DNA of 63,077 nucleotides, filler included, from Octopus bimaculoides (taxonomy: Eukaryota), in NCBI RefSeq assembly GCF_001194135.2. It is 5 parts of 5 records of this genome, joined end to end, with 100 filler letters (N's around TTAATTAATTAA, not from the genome) between each part and the next. Parts side by side here need not be neighbours in the genome. Positions count along the whole stretch, not along the records: positions 41,558 to 60,315 come from NC_068998.1; positions 60,416 to 63,077 come from NC_068989.1; 3 more parts are not named here. One strand, written 5' to 3'. How positions within the stretch are numbered: the first letter of the stretch is position 1; every line of letters starts with the position of its first letter. The translations under genes and the position numbers were made by a program. Below the pieces are notes generated by a model. The model was given only the letters and a program-made list of their open reading frames with translations, was not told the origin of the DNA and did not search any database. This document shows positions 55,937 to 63,077 of the stretch, in pieces.

Positions 55937-55938
<2 letters not shown>
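55745..55938 (-). mobile_element. Chimera of a SINE-A head and an R4/Dong ORF fragment
   Basis: aaggcggagagctggcagaatcgtta fused to RYRTEIVDWVKGEIQKFDRKTRKLL..ADISRLYLKR. Confidence 0.75.
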
Positions 55939-55973
<35 letters not shown>

Positions 55974-55976
<3 letters not shown>

Positions 55977-56221
55977 TTCCTATCATAGTAGGCGCATTAG
56001 GTATGATAAAAAATATTCAGATAAATACATAACAAAAACACCAGAACTAACAAATACATATAACATACAGAAAATAGCACTCCTAGGCACTGCACAAATC
56101 CTACGTAAAACACTTTCAATACAGTAACCATAAGAGCATCACAGCAAACCACAGCACATACCCAAGGCACACAAAGCTGCGCTCGGTAGTACAATGAAAG
56201 CACGTTATAAAAATAAGACTA

Positions 56222-56277
<56 letters not shown>

Positions 56278-56586
56278 TAATAATAATAAAGATGAAAAAT
56301 ACAATCCCTTAAAATTACAAGAACTTGGAATATGAAGATTGTAAACGTTGTGCCTATAATAATTGGAGCTGCAAGCCAAGATATAAACAAATGGTTGAAC
56401 GAGATTGGAATAGAATGCCCTGTAGAGCTTCTACAGAAGGTTTGCCTGTTAGGGACAGGAAAGATTATAAGAAGGATCTTAAGCACTTGAAAGTCTATTG
56501 AAAGATTGTGGATACCTAATGTTACAGGTAGTAATCTGCTACCCACATAAATTCTACCAGGAATAAGAACGCACCTGAATCAAAAC
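55974..56586 (+). mobile_element. Two head-to-tail R4/Dong RLE C-terminal fragments joined by (AAT)n
   Basis: IPIIVGALG..IQKIALLGTAQILRK* (55974-56224) and VPIIIG..LLQKVCLLGTGKIIRR* (56288-56586). Confidence 0.85.
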
Positions 56587-56658
56587 AATGATAATAATTA
56601 TCATCATCTTCATCATCAATTTATTACTATTATTATTATTGTTGTTGTTGTTATTATT

Positions 56659-56875
56659 AAGGTGGTGAGCTAGCTGAATTGTTTGCACGTCGGGCAAAAT
56701 GCTTAGCGGCGTTTCGTCTGTCTTTACGTTCTGAGTTCAAATTCCGCTTAGGCCAACTTTGCCTTTCATCCTTTCGGGGGTCGATAAAATATGTACCAGT
56801 TGAACACTGGGTTCGATGTAATCGACTAATCTCCTCCCCCGATATTGAGGGCCTTGTGTCAACATTTGAAATCAC
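56659..56875 (+). mobile_element. SINE family A
   Basis: Full-length match to the other copies. Confidence 0.9.
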
Positions 56876-56903
56876 CATCATCATCATCATCATTATTATT
56901 ATT

Positions 56904-57232
56904 TGGTTTGACTCAGGTTCGGTTTTATTCTTGGTAGAATTTATGAGTGTAGCCGGTTTCTACCTGTAACCTTAGGTACCCACAAGTTTTCTGTAGTCAT
57001 TAGAGTGCTTAGGACTCTCCTGATAATCCTTGCTGTCTCTAAGAGACAAACTTTCTGTAAGAGCTCTGCCGAGCATTCTATTCCAATCTCCTTCAGCCAT
57101 TTGTCTATATCTTGGCAACCTTTACAGTTCACATACTCCAAAAATTCTTCCCATTTCAAATTTTAAGGGATTGTATTTTTTTTGTTTTTCTTCCTCTTTT
57201 TTTTTACGATCTTGGAATCAAACAGGCATGAT
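56904..57232 (-). mobile_element. R4/Dong RLE C-terminal fragment
   Basis: EIGIECSAELLQKVCLLETARIIRRVL; same family as 56288-56586. Confidence 0.85.
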
Positions 57233-57299
57233 GGGTTGATTAGTAAGCACATTTGTTGTTGTTGTTGTTGTTGTTGTTGTTATTATTATTATTATTATT

Positions 57300-57460
57300 A
57301 AGGTGGCGAGCTGGCAGAATCGTTAGCGCGCTGGACGAAATACTTAGCTGTATTTCGCCCGTCACCAAAATTTCAGGCCCCGTGCCTATAATAAAAAGAT
57401 CAACTTAATAATTATTAACTTAATAATATTATTAAGATTATCATTATAACAATTATTAAC

Positions 57461-57499
<39 letters not shown>

Positions 57500-57730
57500 G
57501 TAGTAGTAGTAGTAGTAGTAGTAGTAATGTTTACTTTAAGATGGCGACCAGAATCTTTACTGCGCTTAACAAAATGCTTACTTTCTGATGTCAAATTCCG
57601 TCGAAGTCGACTGTATAATTTTTTCCCTTTCGAGATCAATGAAATACGTACCAATTGAGCACTGAAGTCAATGTAATTGACTCGCCCTCCCCTCAAGTTA
57701 CTGGCCTTGTGCCTATATTAGGAACCATTA
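57300..57730 (+). mobile_element. Two SINE family A copies (deleted 57300-57400; degenerate 57538-57730)
   Basis: Head and tail motifs present; separated by ATT/AGT repeats. Confidence 0.8.
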
Positions 57731-59229
57731 TTTTTATAATTTCTCTTTAACATTTCTTTCTTTAAATTGTCATGTGACACTAATGGATTAGTAGTTCCGC
57801 TGAAAACTTTCAATGTGGATGACAAAACATGGATTATATAATGTCTAATATAGTTTTACGTGTAATGGTTTTACTGTTTTTGTGAATAAGGAAAATGCTA
57901 CGTGAATGTAGAAAAATCAACCAAACTAAGTGGAATATCAATAAGAATAAAATAAAAAAGTCGAAAGAAGATTTACAGAGCGAAGTTATTAGTTACAGAG
58001 AAATACATGATACACATGCATCATCATATTGTTTGGATAGTTTTTCAGATTGGTAGAAAGTGCGATATATGAGTATAAGAAAATCAGAGATGAGAAACTA
58101 ATGCATATCCTTGGATAAAGATTAAGAAATGAACGAAACTCGCACAAATCTAGAGGGGTTTATATTAATTTCGAACTTAGCCATACGATCTAAAGTTTAT
58201 GAGATTTCTCCTGTGGCGACAGGCTGAACATGTGCAATGCTGATGCTTTTGCAGTAGATGCTGCAAAGCAGTTTAGTGTTGTTCGACACCGTTAGCTGTA
58301 ATTTTTTCTGTGGCAATGAATAACTGAAGAAATTAATATATTTTAGACACACGCTCAATTTTGCAAATCGAAGTGGGCACGTAGATTTTTTCCAATCGGT
58401 TATGTTATCACAGTATTGTGATATTTCTGCATATTCTGACATTTTCTAAATTCGGTGTTGTTAGAACACCAAACACGTTAAGTTAGATATAAAGATTGTC
58501 TTTTGGTATTAATATTGCTTTCGTCGATAATAATTATTTTTAATAAGCTTGCAGGCTGTTTGCGACATCGTGCCTGAAGAGTCACTGTAGTTCTATATAT
58601 CGTTGGCAGTGAAATTTGGGTGGTATGTGGCGAGCAGGTACCCGTCGCTGAGAGACGTAGTATGTCTAAACTACGTGATCTGGCAGTTCCGGGGCTCATA
58701 GCAGACGATTCCTGATTCTCAAGGCAAATATCGCAGTATTCGGTGTTGTAACAAAACATTCCAGTTCAATTGGATATAACATTAACTATTTACGATTTGT
58801 GCGACTATGGAAATCGATTTATCATGTTCATTTGTACGTATTACACAGGGTGTTAAACATATATATAAGTTTTCAACGATTTTCATCATTAGAAAATGCT
58901 TTTATTATGGCAGAAATCAAACGCTTAATTCATTAAGTTGTGACTAAATTTAGCCATTCTCCTTGGAGAATATACGTATAAGTTTTCGAAAAAAAAGAAA
59001 AAAAAGAAAAGTAGATTCACTAAAAAGTTACACCTATCGATCTATTCTTGCAGAAGGTCGTCATAGATGTTTATATATCAATTTTTTTTTTCATATTGAA
59101 GATCAGCCACCCAAGGTTCATATGTTGACAGGGTCCTCATTTGTGATGAAACTGAGTAATGTCTTACCTACTGTTATCGAGTATCTATTCAAACGAGTTC
59201 TGGAATGGTTATGCGATTAAGAATTTCGT

Positions 59230-60295
59230 TTAAATATAATCTTGTGAGTATCAACGAGCCATATGTTTCACTACGACAAATGCCGACAGAACAACTGTAG
59301 TTAATCAACATGCGATCTGCAGGGAGGAACTCAACGTACTGATGGTGCATACCGACCACAGATAACACTGTGGGATGCACACTCCCACTGCTCCATCAAC
59401 GACATCAAAACATGCTTGAGAACCTGTGTGTTATACGAAGTAGTGTGCAAGAAATGTGGGGCATCCTACAAAGGTAGCACTATCAGGAAACTGCAGGTCC
59501 GTATAAAGGACCACATGCACACGGATACTTCAATAAAGAAACACCCTAGGAAATGCCAAACCCTGAATTTCAAAGTCTCCATCTGGGCAATTCAACGCAA
59601 CGGGAGCCCCCCTCTGTCACACACTTTATAAACAAATTGGGACCAGCCATTAACAAGAAGAAACTACACAAAGCAGGCTGGTTTCTATAGCAACACCAGT
59701 CTGTGCATGTTACCTTCCTCCTTTCTCCCCACCTCCTTCCTCCCCACTTCCTCCCCTCACACACACCTGAGCAACGACTTTTTCCACCTACCGCTTTTAA
59801 CAAATGTCCTGAAGAAGGAGTCTTCACCACGAAATTTAGAAATACAAGGTAAACTGCAACTTTATTTTGTTTTCTTTTCTTTTTGTAGTTTACTTGGTAC
59901 TTTCTCGCATTGTTCCGGCTTTACACAACAACCTTCTTTAATATATTTTCATATGAACTTCAATGAGGACAAAATGAATATTCGCATCAGACTAACTAAA
60001 ATTTCCCAAGCACACAAGAACCGGCTTGTAGATGAAACTTCAGATTAGAAACTCAGGGGACTGAGGCAGCTTTCTCACTTCTGAAGAGTTCCAATACAAA
60101 CACTTCTGAATCGCGTAATAACAGCAAGTGCAGGATTCTTTATAACCAGTGATAAGTTGTCATTACATTCATCACTAAGTTCTTTCACTGCAACCACAAG
60201 TTTTGTCATTGCAATCACCTCGGAACTGATTCAATTGAACTAACTCTCAGTCGTTTCAATACAACCGAAACTACAGAGTTGTTTTAAACACCACT
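59230..60295 (+). mobile_element. Penelope-like element: GIY-YIG 3' end, putative pseudo-LTR and possible restart
   Basis: CLRTCVLYEVVCKKCGASYKGSTIRKLQVRIKDH (GIY-YIG); decayed ctgaaga..gaaa at 59809-59835; following segment only tentatively assigned. Confidence 0.7.
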
Positions 60296-60415
60296 GATAT
60301 ATATATATATATATANNNNNNNNNNNNNNNNNNNNNNNNNNNNNNNNNNNNNNNNNNNNTTAATTAATTAANNNNNNNNNNNNNNNNNNNNNNNNNNNNN
60401 NNNNNNNNNNNNNNN

Positions 60416-60452
<37 letters not shown>

Positions 60453-60983
60453 TTGCCCACTGACTTCGAAACCCTATGATGGAAGATTGTATGATTTTTA
60501 ATATATTAGGCCTCCTGGCTTCTTTTCTAGGCCATGTTTTCTTTCCTATTCCCGCTTCCTTTTGTTTATTTTTTGGACACTTTTGTATTCATTCTAATGA
60601 AGCTCAATGTTCTAGTTCGAATATCCTATGAAGATGAAGAATATTATTTTTGCAATTCTTTTGTAGGCACTGACTGACATCGGAAGCAGAAATGGCCATA
60701 AGAATTGTTATGTCACATAAATGTTATGTCGTGTTTTGTATTAAATAATAAGCTACAGATGTGGTCCAATTGATTTGTTTGTTGATCTAAAGTTTTCTCC
60801 ATTTTCTTATTATTTAAATTTGATTCCTGATCAACTTTTGTTTATTCTGTTGTTACCTGTACTCTATGAGCATAGTGTGCCTGTATACCCATGCCCAGGG
60901 ATAGCACGGATAACTGATACTGATGGTAAATTTGGATATTCAATCCCTAGTTGGTTACTATAGCCACTAACTCTGCTTACCTT

Positions 60984-61019
<36 letters not shown>

Positions 61020-61175
61020 TATAATGCAAGAGAGTTAGGGGTTGAGGATTCAACCCATTGAGGGATAGTATCTATCTAATATACTGCTGGGAGGGTACCC
61101 AATTATTGTTACACTAGTGTTATACCAAGTGTAATAAGTGGGTGCGGGTAAAAGGGGGTTATTTTACCCTAAATT

Positions 61176-61308
61176 TATATAGCAATAAGAAAATGGAGGA
61201 GAATATGCGGTATCTATTGACTTGCAGACAGTGTATAATTCAATGGAATACACTGGTCTGCAAGTCGATGGATACCGCATATTCTCCTCCATTTTCTTAT
61301 TGCTATAT
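61176..61308. repeat. Near-perfect fold-back ending in (TA)n
   Basis: ~60-bp arms with 2 substitutions and 1 indel. Confidence 0.95.
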
Positions 61309-61416
61309 ATATATATATATATATTGAATTAGAGGTTAAAATAACCTCATTAAGGGACAGTAATATCCAATGAATTACTGGTTCATTGCCTGGTATTTTT
61401 TGTGAATAATAATATT

Positions 61417-61826
61417 CAAAAGATAATTTAGAAAATGGAGATATAGCATTAATATAATTTATTATCTGCAAAAGATTAAATTACAATAAATAAATTATTA
61501 TATTAGGCAAAATCTCATCAGAAGGGTAGGAAAGATATACCATTAGGTTATTAGGTGTTGTGTTTTCAAATCATCTTAGCAGGCTTATACCAATTATTAG
61601 CTACAAGATAATATTCAGTCTGCTGAAATGATTTGAAAACACAACCCCTAATAACCTATCAGTATATCTTTTCTACTCCTCTGATGAGATTTTGCCTAAT
61701 ATAATGATTTAATTATTGCAATTTAATCTTTTAGGCTAAATTGAAAAAGCTGTAAGAGAATATGTTGGATTTTTGCAGATAATAAATAATATTAATGCTA
61801 TATCTCCATTTTCTAAATTTTCTTTG
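61417..61826. repeat. Long fold-back element carrying a hammerhead motif
   Basis: Arms 61417-61585 and 61617-61826; the right arm has an extra ~42 nt. Confidence 0.93.
61668..61762 (+). ncRNA. Type I hammerhead ribozyme, one stem III mismatch
   Basis: CTGATGA 61681-61687; 12-bp stem II with one U-U; GAAA 61743-61746; A-AGCT-G-TA; stem I is weak. Confidence 0.65.
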
Positions 61827-62059
61827 TATATATATATATATATAATCAGTCAATGTGTAGTTGAAGAGGAACCAGAAGATGAAAACGAAGCCTTCCATTG
61901 ACTCTCCTAGGAAAAAACATTAAAAAAAGCTCAGGAAGTATCATTTATGTAAGGTTCCATCTCCTCATTACATTTCAGTTCAGACTCTTCTCCCATGCTA
62001 TCACCATTATAGTAATTGCTGCATTCGTATATTAACAATACTTGTTATTGTGTGCAGTA

Positions 62060-62410
62060 CATTGATGTAATTAAGTTTGCTTCCTAACCACATGGCTTCA
62101 AGTTCAATTCCACTGCATGGCACCTTGAGCAAGTGTCTTCTTCTATAATCACAGGCCAACCAAAGCCTTATGAGTGGATTCTGTAGATGGAAACTGAAAG
62201 AAGCCTCTTGTGTGTGTGTGTGCCTATTACTGTCTCCTTGTTTTGACATTGTGTGGCAGCCGTGAGCATCACTGTCTTTCTTTTTCAGTTTTCCAAGGCA
62301 TGTTTGATCATGAGGAAATATTCTCTTTTTAAAATCTGGTTTTCATTCTATCAGTCTTTTCTGGGGAACTGCTCAGTTACAAGGATGGAAATGAACCAGC
62401 ATTGGCTGTC
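62060..62410 (+). mobile_element. SINE with family B head, same variant as 27265-27656
   Basis: catggcaccttgagcaagtgtcttc core; body similar to the 27265 copy. Confidence 0.75.
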
Positions 62411-62454
62411 AACAAACAACATTGGCTATATGATGGGCTTCTGCACAGTCTCTG

Positions 62455-62535
62455 CCTACAGGGCTGTAGGAGAAGACACTTGCCAAAGGTGCCACGCAGT
62501 GGGATTGAACTAGAAACAACCACACAACCATTGAT
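62455..62535 (-). mobile_element. SINE family B head fragment
   Basis: gaagacacttgccaaaggtgccacgcagtgggattgaac. Confidence 0.75.
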
Positions 62536-62740
62536 GAAGCAATATTGATACTTAATTGTCAATTTTGTGTTTTTCAGAGAAATCCAAAGAAAATGATGGG
62601 TGTGTGTGTGTGTGTGCATAAAACAATGTGAGGGAGTATAAAATATTAAGAATGTGTGTGCGTGTGTGTATCATAAACATGTGTATGCATATTGCATTTG
62701 TGTATGTATGGATATATCACATGTGTATGAATATGCTTAC

Positions 62741-63077
62741 GTGGAGGCGCAATGGCCCAGTGGTTAGGGCAGCGGACTCGCGGTTTCGATTCCCAGACCA
62801 GGCGTTGTGAGTGTTTATTGAGCGAAAACACCTAAAGCTCTACGAGGCTCCGGCAGGGGATGGTGGCGAACCCTGCTGTACTCTCTCACCACAACTTTCT
62901 CTCACTCTTACTTCCTGTTTCTGTTGTGCCTGTAATTCAAAGGGTCAGCCTTGTCACGCTGTGTCACGCTGAATATCTCCAAGAACTGCGTTAAAGGTAC
63001 ACGTGTCTGTGGAGTGCTCAGCCACTTGCATGTTAATTTCACGAGCAGGCTGTTCCGTTGATTGGATCAACTGGAAC
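62741..63077 (+). mobile_element. SINE family D, runs off the window end
   Basis: Highly similar to 27670-28030. Confidence 0.9.

Noticed and set aside
58197-58759. Two minus-strand ORFs of ordinary composition
   Set aside because: No recognisable family or splice structure; needs BLASTX
20788-60371. TTAATTAATTAA islands inside N runs (20788, 36692, 41502, 60360)
   Set aside because: Identical 12-mer centred in N blocks with stops in all frames: an assembly spacer, not biology
60580-60705. ctaatga..gaata and ctgactga..gaaatggccata motifs
   Set aside because: Core nucleotides altered and stem II poor

Overview
AT-rich, repeat-dominated eukaryotic genomic DNA with many N gaps. The SINE families and the expanded sialin family suggest octopus (inference, not a database result). 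One convincing host gene is present: a single-exon SLC17/sialin-like MFS transporter on the minus strand (40033-41457), with its 5' end lost in a gap. The rest is microsatellites, tRNA-derived SINEs, R4/Dong-, L1/Tx1-, RTE- and Penelope-like retroelement fragments, and Tc1/mariner remnants. Almost all other ORFs in the track are microsatellite or N artefacts. Highlights: (1) an apparently intact type I hammerhead ribozyme at 50697-50795 (-) and a sibling with the same architecture inside a 410-bp fold-back at 61417-61826, both in (TA)n-anchored, retrozyme/Penelope-like elements; (2) several other fold-back elements beside (TA)n; (3) R4/Dong LINEs and SINE-A occupy the same AAT/ATT microsatellites with opposite polarity and form head-to-tail arrays; (4) the SINE-A 3' tail matches the 3' end of a Tx1/L1-like LINE; (5) the sialin paralog lacks the TM4 proton-coupling glutamates. 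All alignments and folds were done by hand, and boundaries of degenerate repeats are approximate.
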